Shown in pieces: positions 37,620-45,548 of a stretch of DNA of 60,025 nucleotides (its first letter is position 1; each line of letters opens with the position of its first letter). The stretch spans positions 325,278 to 385,302 of the forward strand of contig CM001443.1 in NCBI GenBank assembly GCA_000246735.1. Reading direction: 5' to 3'. The stretch is from an uncultured Candidatus Poseidoniales archaeon (GTDB lineage: Archaea > Thermoplasmatota > Poseidoniia > Poseidoniales > Poseidoniaceae). Position numbers and translations under genes: made by a program. The notes beneath the pieces are model-generated. The model was not told the DNA's origin and did no database searches. It saw only the letters and a list, made by a program, of their open reading frames with translations.

Positions 37620-37677
37620 TGCAATCGGTATGAGGCAGAAGCGTCCCCTTCAAGAATGAACCGCCCGTGGGCGTTCC

Positions 37678-38058
37678 ATGTACGGACGCGTGGATTGGAC
37701 TGGAGGCGATACGGTCGCATGCACAAATGAGCGTGGTGATCGACTCGATTTGAACTGGGAAGATGGACCAACACCAATGCAGGTGGTCATGCAAATGATT
37801 GGTGCATGCTCAACAGCCGACCTCGTTTTGGGTCTGAAAGAACGTTCATTCAGTGAGGTTTGGGTAGAAATGGAAGGCACTCGGGCAGCGAGCGTTCCAA
37901 AGGTCTTCACAGACATCCACATGGTTTACCACGTACGAGGGGATGTTCCGCTCAAACTTGTTGAGCGCATTGTCTCGAAGAGCCATGAAAAATACTGCAC
38001 TGTTTCACAGATGTTCGTCGATGTCAACATGACTCACGCATGTGAAGTCCACAACTGA
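37678..38058 (+). CDS. OsmC/Ohr-family protein
   Basis: GACSTADLV...KYCTVSQM carries the two conserved Cys of the OsmC fold. Length is 126 aa. Confidence 0.7.
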   Translation: MYGRVDWTGGDTVACTNERGDRLDLNWEDGPTPMQVVMQMIGACSTADLVLGLKERSFSEVWVEMEGTRAASVPKVFTDIHMVYHVRGDVPLKLVERIVSKSHEKYCTVSQMFVDVNMTHACEVHN

Positions 38059-38061
38059 TGC

Positions 38062-38742
38062 TCAGTTTGAGACAACCTTGAGTGCGGTCAGCGAATTCAT
38101 GGCGCTGAGGAGCAGTTCTCGAAGAGCATTGTAGAGTGGATGCCAACTCGTAGGAATTTGTGGCGGAGGTGCCACAGGAAGGGTGCCCTGTTCGGTTGAA
38201 AGCACGGTTGCGAACGGACGAACTTGACCGGTCCCCACCATGTCGATGATGAGTGATAGGTGGTAGGCTTCCTGATCCTTGATGACCTTGGCCGATTCGA
38301 TTTTAGCAACTGCTTCTGCAGGAAGGTCGCTTAACCAGTCCTCGCCACGTTCGTTCCGAGAATGCAATTCTTTCTTGACGAGGATTTCAAGCAGTTCCGA
38401 AATAACTTCGTTGGGGACATGAGCGGCGAAGTTTGGTTTTCCTGAATCGTCTTGTTGCGATATTGCTGTTGTACCGATGGCTTCCATTTGCGATACGTGG
38501 GGTTGTGCTGATTGACCAGCAAGCAACGGTTCATCTTCATCATCGTCCATGAACATTGCAAGAGGATCTGAACTTTGGTTCTGTGATGGCATCTGTTGGT
38601 GCAATTGTGGTTGCGTTGCTGCTGCAGTAGGGCGAAGTGCACCCAGTTCTGCGAAGATATCGAGTTCTTCTTCTTCTACCGTTTCTGCTGGTGCTGTTTC
38701 CCATGGTCCCATCATAGTATCAATTACGGATTTAATTATCAT
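38062..38742 (-). CDS. Hypothetical acidic/Q-rich protein
   Basis: ORF with a low-complexity acidic N-terminal half and a globular C-terminal half. No motif recognised. Confidence 0.45.
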   Translation of the reverse strand: MIIKSVIDTMMGPWETAPAETVEEEELDIFAELGALRPTAAATQPQLHQQMPSQNQSSDPLAMFMDDDEDEPLLAGQSAQPHVSQMEAIGTTAISQQDDSGKPNFAAHVPNEVISELLEILVKKELHSRNERGEDWLSDLPAEAVAKIESAKVIKDQEAYHLSLIIDMVGTGQVRPFATVLSTEQGTLPVAPPPQIPTSWHPLYNALRELLLSAMNSLTALKVVSN

Positions 38743-38814
38743 AGTACATATAAGGATGTTTTTGAACCCTGAATTTTGATGATGCTTGCTTCAACGAACG
38801 ACCGATAGATTATC

Positions 38815-39507
38815 ATGGAACAAGTTCCTCCTGACGGCCAAGTATCAAAGGTACTGGCGTATTCCATCTGCATGAAGCAGATGGGTATCAGTCGAGGTTC
38901 TACAACTGTGCTTTGGGCGAGCATGCTGCTTGTTCTCTTGTTTGCCCCATCAATTTCTAGCCTACCAGCCGGTGTGGGTGATATGGGAAATGAAGGGTGC
39001 CTTTGTCACGACGGAGCTTCAGAGGCCACCATGGTCCTCATCATTGGCCTACCCGAGGAATTTGAATCAAACATCACCTACAACCTAAGCTTACAGATTG
39101 AAAGTTCGATTGAACCGAGGGCGGATTCCCACCAAGGCGGTTTCCGTTTCTTCATCAAAGGAGGCGGTGTGGTCCAGTTCGAGAACACATCTGAAGTTCA
39201 GGAGCTCGATGATGGCTGGACGCACGAACTTGCAGGTACGTACCAGCGGCATTGGAACTTGACATGGACCAGCCCTGATAATTCTACAGATCCAGTCAAA
39301 TTCTCGTTGGTAGGAAACGCTGTGAATGGCAATGAACAATCAGATGGCGATGGTTGGTCATCATATGTCCTCTCAATTCCACATGTCGATGGACCACCTG
39401 TGGACGGGGACGTTTCGAATCAACCTGACATCAGCGCCCTTGATTGGACTGTGTTCGGGGCAAGTCTTGCAGCCCTTGCCTTTTTCTTGATTCGAGTGCT
39501 CAAATGA
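38815..39507 (+). CDS. Secreted protein with a C-terminal TM anchor, function unknown
   Basis: Signal-like VLWASMLLVLLFAPSISS (likely start at 38872 or 38881), N-x-S/T sites, and C-terminal FGASLAALAFFLIRVLK. Confidence 0.5.
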   Translation: MEQVPPDGQVSKVLAYSICMKQMGISRGSTTVLWASMLLVLLFAPSISSLPAGVGDMGNEGCLCHDGASEATMVLIIGLPEEFESNITYNLSLQIESSIEPRADSHQGGFRFFIKGGGVVQFENTSEVQELDDGWTHELAGTYQRHWNLTWTSPDNSTDPVKFSLVGNAVNGNEQSDGDGWSSYVLSIPHVDGPPVDGDVSNQPDISALDWTVFGASLAALAFFLIRVLK

Positions 39508-39509
39508 TC

Positions 39510-40640
39510 TCAGTTGACAAATTCGATGTGGCGATTCTGTAAAGCACGCAATTGGCGATTCTCACTTGCGCCGTGGATTTGTTCGCTTTTCACACCAGTC
39601 AACACCAGCATGACTCTGATTTCATCGCCCAATTCTTCGCGAACAGCAGCTCCCCAAATGACCTGTGCGTGTGGTGAAATTTGGTCCGTGATGATCTTGG
39701 CACATTTTTCTGCTTCACCAAGCGTAAGGCTTGGTCCGCCGACCACGTTTATGAGGGCGCCACGAGCATCCGAAGAATCAATGTCCAGCAATGGAGAATG
39801 CATGGCTTCCTCCGTCGCCGCTTCTACACGTCCAGGTCCACTGGCTTCACCAAGCCCGATCATAGCAACGCCGCTTCCAAATTGAATTACGGAGCGAAGG
39901 TCCTCAAAGTCAAGGTTGACCATGCCATCGGTGGTGAGCATTTCTGCAACACCTGTGATCGAGCGAACAAGCAGTTCATCGCCGACACGGAACGCATCAC
40001 CGATTGGAAGTTCCTTGACGCCTTCAATTTCCAGCAACCGCTCGTTTGGAATCACAAGGATGGTGTCGCAATGCTCCCGCAAGCGTTCCAGTCCCCACTC
40101 AGCGTTTTGCTTACGCAGGGCACCTTCAGAGTTGAATGGATAAGTCACGACAGCGATGGTCATCGCACCTTGCTGCTTTGCCAGCCGTGCAATGTGACTT
40201 GCGGCACCGGTTCCAGAGCCGCCACCCATACCTGCAGTGATAATGGCAAGTTGAGTGTCGTTGGTGATCCTTCGAAGGGATGCTTCGGATTCCAATGCGG
40301 CAGCTTCGCCCTTTGTTGGATCGCCACCAGCGCCTCTTCCTCGAGCCGTTCTTCCAATCAGGATTTTTTCTTCGATTGGAGACATAAGCAAAGCCTGTGC
40401 ATCAGTGTTGATTGCATAGCCTGTGACGTAGGAGTTCTTGAACAACCGCTCGTCAAACAATCGATTTACTGCGTTGCACCCAGCGCCACCGACGCCGTAG
40501 ACCCTGATCCTTGGTTGAAGGGATTCAAGGAGGGCTTGCAACTCAACTTCTGAATTTTCATCCATCGGTGGAGCGACGGTGTTGGCTGCTGCTTGTTCAG
40601 CTTCTGACAGTTCCAAGACTCGTTCCACAAGGTGTCGCAT
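39510..40640 (-). CDS. ftsZ: Cell division GTPase FtsZ
   Basis: GVGGAGCNAVNRL, the tubulin signature GMGGGSGTGA, and NVDFEDL-like NLDFEDL. ORF is open to a TTG at 40721, but the ATG at 40640 gives a typical N-terminus. Confidence 0.9.
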   Translation of the reverse strand: MRHLVERVLELSEAEQAAANTVAPPMDENSEVELQALLESLQPRIRVYGVGGAGCNAVNRLFDERLFKNSYVTGYAINTDAQALLMSPIEEKILIGRTARGRGAGGDPTKGEAAALESEASLRRITNDTQLAIITAGMGGGSGTGAASHIARLAKQQGAMTIAVVTYPFNSEGALRKQNAEWGLERLREHCDTILVIPNERLLEIEGVKELPIGDAFRVGDELLVRSITGVAEMLTTDGMVNLDFEDLRSVIQFGSGVAMIGLGEASGPGRVEAATEEAMHSPLLDIDSSDARGALINVVGGPSLTLGEAEKCAKIITDQISPHAQVIWGAAVREELGDEIRVMLVLTGVKSEQIHGASENRQLRALQNRHIEFVN

Positions 40641-40717
40641 GCTGCTTTCCTTGTCGACATGACCTTGAATGTGCCGCACCTTGAATGGCCCAAATAGGCC
40701 TTTTACAAGGGGAGTAC

Positions 40718-41755
40718 TCAATCACGGAGGCCTTCTTGAGTGACCTGATAGACACACTCGCCGTCTGGCAAGTTTGGTGAATCGACAAGTCGAGCAATAC
40801 GGCGTCCTGCCTTGGCTTTGCGCAAGTAGAGCCTGAAGGTCGAGGCGTGAGCAAGTACGTGGCCACCGATTGGCTTTGTTGGGTCGCCCCACATTGCATC
40901 TGGTTTCGAGTGTACTTGGTTCGTGACCAACACGAGGGCATTGTTCACATCAGCAAGTTGCTTGAGATCTTTCAAGTGACGGTTGAGTTTTTGCTGGCGG
41001 TTTGCCAACATACCACGGCCGATGTATTCTGCACGGAAGTGGCTTGTTAGGGAATCAACAATGATCATCTTCACGTTGAGGCCCTTGCTCATGCGCTTGA
41101 TCTCGTCAACCAAGAGCATTTGGTGAGCTGAATTGTAGGCTCGAGCCACGTGGATGCGTTCCAACACAGCGTCTGGATCAAGACCGTGACCTCGGGCCAT
41201 TTGTGTGATTCGCTCAGGACGGAATGTGTCTTCTGTATCGATGTAAAACACATCGCCATCAAAGCCACCTTCGCTCATTGGAAGGGTGCAGTTGACTGCC
41301 AATTGGTGACCGATTTGGGTCTTTCCACTTCCGAACGCACCGTAGACTTCCACGAGGGCTTGAGTTTCGAAACCGCCGCCGAGCAAGTCGTCAATCGATT
41401 GAACCTTTGAGGAGAGTTTGAGAACTTCACGACGGCGCTCAAGGAGTGCGCCACCGGAAACGAAGCCGCCAATGTTGGCCATCTTCTTTGCTGCTCCAAT
41501 GATCTTTGTCGCCACTGCTTCGCCGAGTTCAGCCTGGTCTGCAAGGTCGCCAGGCGACATCACTGCAAGTGCGAGGAGGTCATCAAATCCGGCTTCTCGA
41601 AGCTTTTCAGCAGTCGCTGGCCCAACACCAGGAAGGTCTTCGATTTTCACCTCAGGGGCTTCTTCTTCCGTCGGCATCACTGCCAATGGCTTGTCTTGAG
41701 GGTCTTCATTGTTTTCAATCTCTATCTTCGCTTTTTTCTTCGCTTTGGTCGCCAT
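40718..41755 (-). CDS. radA: DNA repair and recombination protein RadA
   Basis: N-terminal Hh[18 protein letters not shown], Walker [10 protein letters not shown], Walker B IIVDSL, and an archaeal RadA-type C-terminus. Confidence 0.95.
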   Translation of the reverse strand: MATKAKKKAKIEIENNEDPQDKPLAVMPTEEEAPEVKIEDLPGVGPATAEKLREAGFDDLLALAVMSPGDLADQAELGEAVATKIIGAAKKMANIGGFVSGGALLERRREVLKLSSKVQSIDDLLGGGFETQALVEVYGAFGSGKTQIGHQLAVNCTLPMSEGGFDGDVFYIDTEDTFRPERITQMARGHGLDPDAVLERIHVARAYNSAHQMLLVDEIKRMSKGLNVKMIIVDSLTSHFRAEYIGRGMLANRQQKLNRHLKDLKQLADVNNALVLVTNQVHSKPDAMWGDPTKPIGGHVLAHASTFRLYLRKAKAGRRIARLVDSPNLPDGECVYQVTQEGLRD

Positions 41756-41943
41756 TTCTGTTCACTTCCAACCCAATCTGGTCCGGCCAGGGTATATCAA
41801 TGAACGAAGGGCGGCGCGGAACTTAGAAGCGCTTGAATCTTGAAGTGTCGTCCACCGTTAGGCTCTCAGTGGTTCGTTCCAATCACTTTCAGTTTAGATT
41901 CATCTTCAATGAAAGTGAATAATAATCGAGAATCTGCTCCGTT

Positions 41944-42756
41944 TCAGGGCGCACTTTCATCGGATGGGAACGGGTTGGTTGTGCTTTCTTCAGCAGCATA
42001 CGTAATGGTGATGAGGTGAGAGACATCCACTTGCTCTTGATCTTGGCTCAGGCCCACTTCCAGGGTCCAAATTCCTGTTATTGGAGCGAATTCATTGTGC
42101 TTCCAATTTGCGTCTTGGCCGTCTGCGATTTGCTCGGGTGGCGATTCAACCGCCGCTCCTTCGGTGTTGTTGAGGTACCATGTCACGGTCACAGGCGACC
42201 CACCAATTCCTCCGAAGTTATCGCGGTTGGTTACGGTGGAATCAATTTTGATTTGTTCCGGCAGCGGACATTCACAGTCGGGTGTAGCTTCGATGTCCAT
42301 CGTTCTCGGGTCTGTGGTTTGAGTTTCGCCCCACGTGATTTCCTTATCGATTCGAATGGTGATGTTCTCGAATATTTCGTTTCCTTGTTCGTCAATCGCT
42401 CCGATGCTCGCAGAGAACATGCCATGTGTGAGGTAGGTGTAGGTAATTTCTCCCGTATCTGCACTGTTGACAGAGATTGTGGTTGAACCGTCCCCGGGGC
42501 TGAAAAGGAAATTTGAGATTTCACCAGCGGTGGATTTTGTGTACGAGTAATCGAAGACAACATCGACGCCAGTTTCAGACACTTGCTGGTTGTTTTGGAT
42601 TGTTTCTTCGATGACACCCGACGTCACATCATAGTACACCACGAGATCGATTGGGCTGTCGTCTCCATCGTCTCCGCCACCCTCGAGGCATCCTGCAAGC
42701 ATGGCCGTCAGCAGCACTGCACCGAGCAGCACGGGACTGAAGGTTCGGGAGCGCAT
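41944..42756 (-). CDS. Secreted lipoprotein-like protein with PKD/Ig-like repeats
   Basis: Signal plus lipobox-like LLTAMLAGCLEGGGDD, and beta-rich repeats. No catalytic motif. Confidence 0.5.
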   Translation of the reverse strand: MRSRTFSPVLLGAVLLTAMLAGCLEGGGDDGDDSPIDLVVYYDVTSGVIEETIQNNQQVSETGVDVVFDYSYTKSTAGEISNFLFSPGDGSTTISVNSADTGEITYTYLTHGMFSASIGAIDEQGNEIFENITIRIDKEITWGETQTTDPRTMDIEATPDCECPLPEQIKIDSTVTNRDNFGGIGGSPVTVTWYLNNTEGAAVESPPEQIADGQDANWKHNEFAPITGIWTLEVGLSQDQEQVDVSHLITITYAAEESTTNPFPSDESAP

Positions 42757-42890
42757 GTTCTTGAGAGGATGTCCTCCTTCATCAAATCAGCACCTCTTTT
42801 TTTCACTCATTTTTGTTGCGCAGGACGCACGGCTCACTACGACAAGCGAGCATCGGTGGTTTGAAAGGAGGGAAGGTCGGCCCTTTGGTT

Positions 42891-42968
42891 AACGAGGTGG
42901 GGTAGTCTGGATATCCCGTCGGGCTCATAACCCGGAGATCGGTGGTTCAAATCCATCCCTCGTTACCA
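42891..42968 (+). tRNA. Initiator tRNA-Met (anticodon CAT) with an encoded 3' CCA
   Basis: Acceptor AACGAGG/CCTCGTT gives an A1:U72 pair. Anticodon arm TCGGG-CTCATAA-CCCGG has three G:C pairs next to the loop. T-arm is GGTGG-TTCAAAT-CCATC, followed by discriminator A and CCA. Confidence 0.85.
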
Positions 42969-42977
42969 AAAACCAAC

Positions 42978-43730
42978 CTAGCTGTACTCGTAATAGTCGT
43001 GTTTTGGTGTGAGCGAATCAAGTGCGCTTTGCAACCGCGCATTGGCGGCTGCTTCTCCTTGAAGGATGGCAGTCTTTTCATCTTCGATGCGTTGTGCTTG
43101 AGCGGCGCAGAGACTTGAATTCCCAATACCATGGGGCACAGCACCCAACAATGCTTCAGCAACCTGAGATGCATCGACTGATTTGTTTCCAATTGGTTCG
43201 AGCATGAACACTCCGCCTGTGTAAATGACGGGACCTGCAGCTTCGCAAGTTGTTGCAAGTCGGTCGATCAGCTTGGCTTCATAGCCAATGTACCTGCATG
43301 CATCGAGGGCCGCTGCCAAGTTCCCAGGCGCTAATTTTTCGGCTTTTGCATAGGCTTTTCTTGCGGCTCGTTGCTTGCCCCCTGAAGCAAGAACATTGCC
43401 GGCCCGATGTTGATCTTCAGCCTCGGGCGTCATTTGCTCAAGCAACTGAGGTGCGCCATTCCGGAGGGTTTTGACGAGTTTTCCACGTTCTTTCAGAAGA
43501 ATATTGATGCTTGCAACAGCGCGTGCTCCTTTCCCTCTTGATACCAGCACATCGCACAAAATACGAAGGCCCTTGACCAGCATAATTTGGTCCTCAGTGG
43601 AGCGTTTCTTTCTCGCAAGAAACATCTCTGTGAATTGCATCGCCATGACCTCGGACATCTCCATCCTTCCATCGAGGATGTATCGCTCAAGTTGTAGGAG
43701 CGTTTGGGCGGGGTCATTCATTCCAAACAT
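42978..43730 (-). CDS. Hypothetical helical protein (start uncertain)
   Basis: ORF is open to 44138, but its first 94 codons overlap the divergent AK6-like gene. The first Met beyond the overlap is at 43730. No motif recognised. Confidence 0.4.
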   Translation of the reverse strand: MFGMNDPAQTLLQLERYILDGRMEMSEVMAMQFTEMFLARKKRSTEDQIMLVKGLRILCDVLVSRGKGARAVASINILLKERGKLVKTLRNGAPQLLEQMTPEAEDQHRAGNVLASGGKQRAARKAYAKAEKLAPGNLAAALDACRYIGYEAKLIDRLATTCEAAGPVIYTGGVFMLEPIGNKSVDASQVAEALLGAVPHGIGNSSLCAAQAQRIEDEKTAILQGEAAANARLQSALDSLTPKHDYYEYS

Positions 43731-43856
43731 GTGAGCAAGAAGGCGGTGAACCTCCCACCTATTGATGCCTTTGTCCAACGGATACAACGAAGAATCATCC
43801 CAACATCCTGCTGAATCTTGAGGTGGATGTAATAACGGGCATGCGTTGGCACGGGC

Positions 43857-44396
43857 ATGGTTCCACCTCGTGTCTTTGCAGTCACTGGCACACCCGGTAG
43901 CGGGAAGACCACCCTTTGTGGTCATCTCGGTGAACAAGGCCATGCCGTTGAGTCGGTCATAGATTTGGCGAAACGCTTCGATTGTCTTGGCGTCGAAGAT
44001 GCCTCGGATGGGGCTGCACCGGTGGACGTTCACAAGTTGGCTGAGGAATGGATTGACGAATCTGAAGGGACGGTCTTTGTAGACGGGCACTTGTCGCATC
44101 TTTTGGAAATCGATGCCATCATTTTGATTCGTTGCCATCCTGATGTGCTCAAACAGCGCCTCGAAGATCGTGGCTACAATGAAGCAAAGGTACGCGCCAA
44201 TGTTGAGTGGGAAATGATTGCCGGCACATGGTCCGAAATTCTTGAGTTTGAACTCGATGTTCCAGTGTTGGAGGTCGATGCTGGCCTCGCCACAAGCGAG
44301 GTATTGGCCTCTGAGATTCTCCAGTGGATTGAAGATGGTTGTCCGAGCGACGGTGTCGAGGCAACTGCCTCAGAAGCCATCGATTGGTTGGCTTGA
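43857..44396 (+). CDS. Fap7/AK6-type putative adenylate kinase (ribosome biogenesis NTPase)
   Basis: P-loop VTGTPGSGKTT, VDGHLSH and IRCHPDVLKQRLEDRGYNEAKVRANVEWE. Confidence 0.75.
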   Translation: MVPPRVFAVTGTPGSGKTTLCGHLGEQGHAVESVIDLAKRFDCLGVEDASDGAAPVDVHKLAEEWIDESEGTVFVDGHLSHLLEIDAIILIRCHPDVLKQRLEDRGYNEAKVRANVEWEMIAGTWSEILEFELDVPVLEVDAGLATSEVLASEILQWIEDGCPSDGVEATASEAIDWLA

Positions 44397-44444
44397 CCAC
44401 CCAAAGAACAAACACCCCCCAACGAAGGAGCCCTATCGATTGGT

Positions 44445-45152
44445 ATGGCATTAGAGAAACTTCGCAGTTCATGGGAGCGCATGGTCGACCCCGTCATTGA
44501 TTCAATTTCAACTTGGAAACCCTCCACCTTGACATGGATTGCATTGCCGATTGGCGTGCTTGGCGGTTTATCCGTTCTGTTAGCTCCAAACACCACATAT
44601 GGAGCGAGCATGCTCTTCGGTGGGGCGCTGCTGATTGGATTTGCAATGGTCCTCGATGCCCTTGATGGGCCATTGGCTCGCCGAACTGGACAAGTCACTC
44701 GTTGGGGTGATTATCTTGACCACACATTCGACCGTCTTCTTGACATCATCTGGACAGTCTGCTTGGCTGGCTCTGTGTTTGTCGGTGATTTCACCTTCGG
44801 ACTCCTTGCAGCGTTGTTTACATTGCTCGGCTCGTACATGGGTACACAAGCTCAAGCAGTGGCAGGCACTCGCAACTACCGAGGCTTTTCCCGTGCAGAC
44901 CGAACCATCCTTGCCCTTGTGGCGCTTGTGATGATGGGCGTTTTCATCCATCTTGAAATCGGAGATTTCGGTACCTTCCCGGGTGCGCTTGACCACATTG
45001 GAATCAACCCAATCAGCGTTGCCGTCGTGATCTCTGCGTTCGGCGGATTGTGGACCTTTTTGATTCGGTTTGTACAAGCCAAGCATGAAATCTCTCAAAT
45101 CGACCGAGATGACCCACTCCCACAGCCAAATCAAGGGAACGAATCAGAGTGA
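44445..45152 (+). CDS. CDP-alcohol phosphatidyltransferase family protein (archaetidylserine or archaetidylinositol-phosphate synthase type)
   Basis: DALDGPLARRTGQVTRWGDYLDHTFDRLLD matches D-G-x2-A-R-x8-G-x3-D-x3-D. Multiple TM helices. Confidence 0.8.
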   Translation: MALEKLRSSWERMVDPVIDSISTWKPSTLTWIALPIGVLGGLSVLLAPNTTYGASMLFGGALLIGFAMVLDALDGPLARRTGQVTRWGDYLDHTFDRLLDIIWTVCLAGSVFVGDFTFGLLAALFTLLGSYMGTQAQAVAGTRNYRGFSRADRTILALVALVMMGVFIHLEIGDFGTFPGALDHIGINPISVAVVISAFGGLWTFLIRFVQAKHEISQIDRDDPLPQPNQGNESE

Positions 45153-45242
45153 TTCCGCCACCCCTACGGGGTGCACTGAACCGCTCAATTGGCTGGTTTA
45201 GAGGCGGCATACTCATAACGGTAGCATGCTACAAGAGCATTG

Positions 45243-45548
45243 ATGACAGACCAAACGTTCGGTAAAGGCACTGAAAGGAAGGCACTTTTCCTCGTCCTAT
45301 GCATGATGCTTGCCATCATGCCCCTCTCCAATGTAGCGGCCGAAGATCTCGGGAACCCTTCTCACCTGCAAGCACAAGACATCGCTGCCACGTTCGACCC
45401 GTCAAGCGAAACGACCACCATCACATGGCGCAACATCGATTTTGATGGTTCAGTCATTTCAGGCCTCTTTTCAGCAACATACAGCGTCTACCGATCCGCA
45501 GCCCCAATCACCGAGACTCTCCATTGGACAATTGACGCCCTTTGTTGA
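45243..45548 (+). CDS. Signal peptide plus first repeat of a surface protein, apparently cut off from the next ORF by a frameshift
   Basis: ALFLVLCMMLAIMPLSNVAAE signal peptide, then TTTITWRNIDFDG...YSVYRSAAPITETL, which matches the repeat consensus of ORF 45442..48480. Confidence 0.55.
   Translation: MTDQTFGKGTERKALFLVLCMMLAIMPLSNVAAEDLGNPSHLQAQDIAATFDPSSETTTITWRNIDFDGSVISGLFSATYSVYRSAAPITETLHWTIDALC

Noticed and set aside
38711-38746. Direct 9-nt repeat ATCATAGTA (x2, 27 nt apart) at the AT-rich divergent region near 38742
   Set aside because: It is short, one copy lies inside the coding N-terminus, and it falls within chance expectation for an AT-rich stretch.
38990-39010. GCLCHDG in the secreted 230-aa protein as a possible heme c attachment site
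   Set aside because: The spacing is CxCH, not the canonical CxxCH, and no other cytochrome features were recognised.
39681-40553. 290-aa plus-strand ORF antisense to ftsZ. Similar antisense ORFs occur in icd (36786..37448), the PIN gene (34964..35626) and the coiled-coil/psd region (5114..5698).
   Set aside because: Each lies opposite a gene with unambiguous family motifs. None carries a recognisable motif of its own.
40718-40721. Apparent 4-nt overlap of the radA stop with the ftsZ start, suggesting translational coupling
   Set aside because: The overlapping start is a TTG that merely opens the ORF. The ATG at 40640 gives an FtsZ N-terminus of typical length, so the overlap is probably not real. 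Co-transcription of radA and ftsZ remains possible.
41884-41917. 8-bp stem hairpin (CACTTTCA ... TGAAAGTG, 18-nt loop) 27 nt downstream of the lipoprotein-like gene stop
   Set aside because: No adjoining oligo-T tract on the transcribed strand, and the loop is long. I cannot distinguish it from a chance inverted repeat.
43731-44138. 5' extension of the minus-strand ORF 42978..44138, giving 386 aa
   Set aside because: The first 94 codons would overlap the confidently identified Fap7/AK6-like gene (43857..44396) on the other strand. A divergent overlap of 282 nt is unlikely, so I moved the start to the first Met beyond the overlap. An unrecognised non-ATG start between 43731 and 43856 remains possible.
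42891-45152. Genomic island or integrated element next to tRNA-iMet, and likewise next to tRNA-Thr at 51604
   Set aside because: There is no integrase, recombinase, phage or plasmid gene. I could spot no duplicated tRNA 3' segment by eye. The flanking genes are housekeeping (AK6-like kinase, lipid synthase, pgk). A systematic search for att-like direct repeats was not possible by eye.
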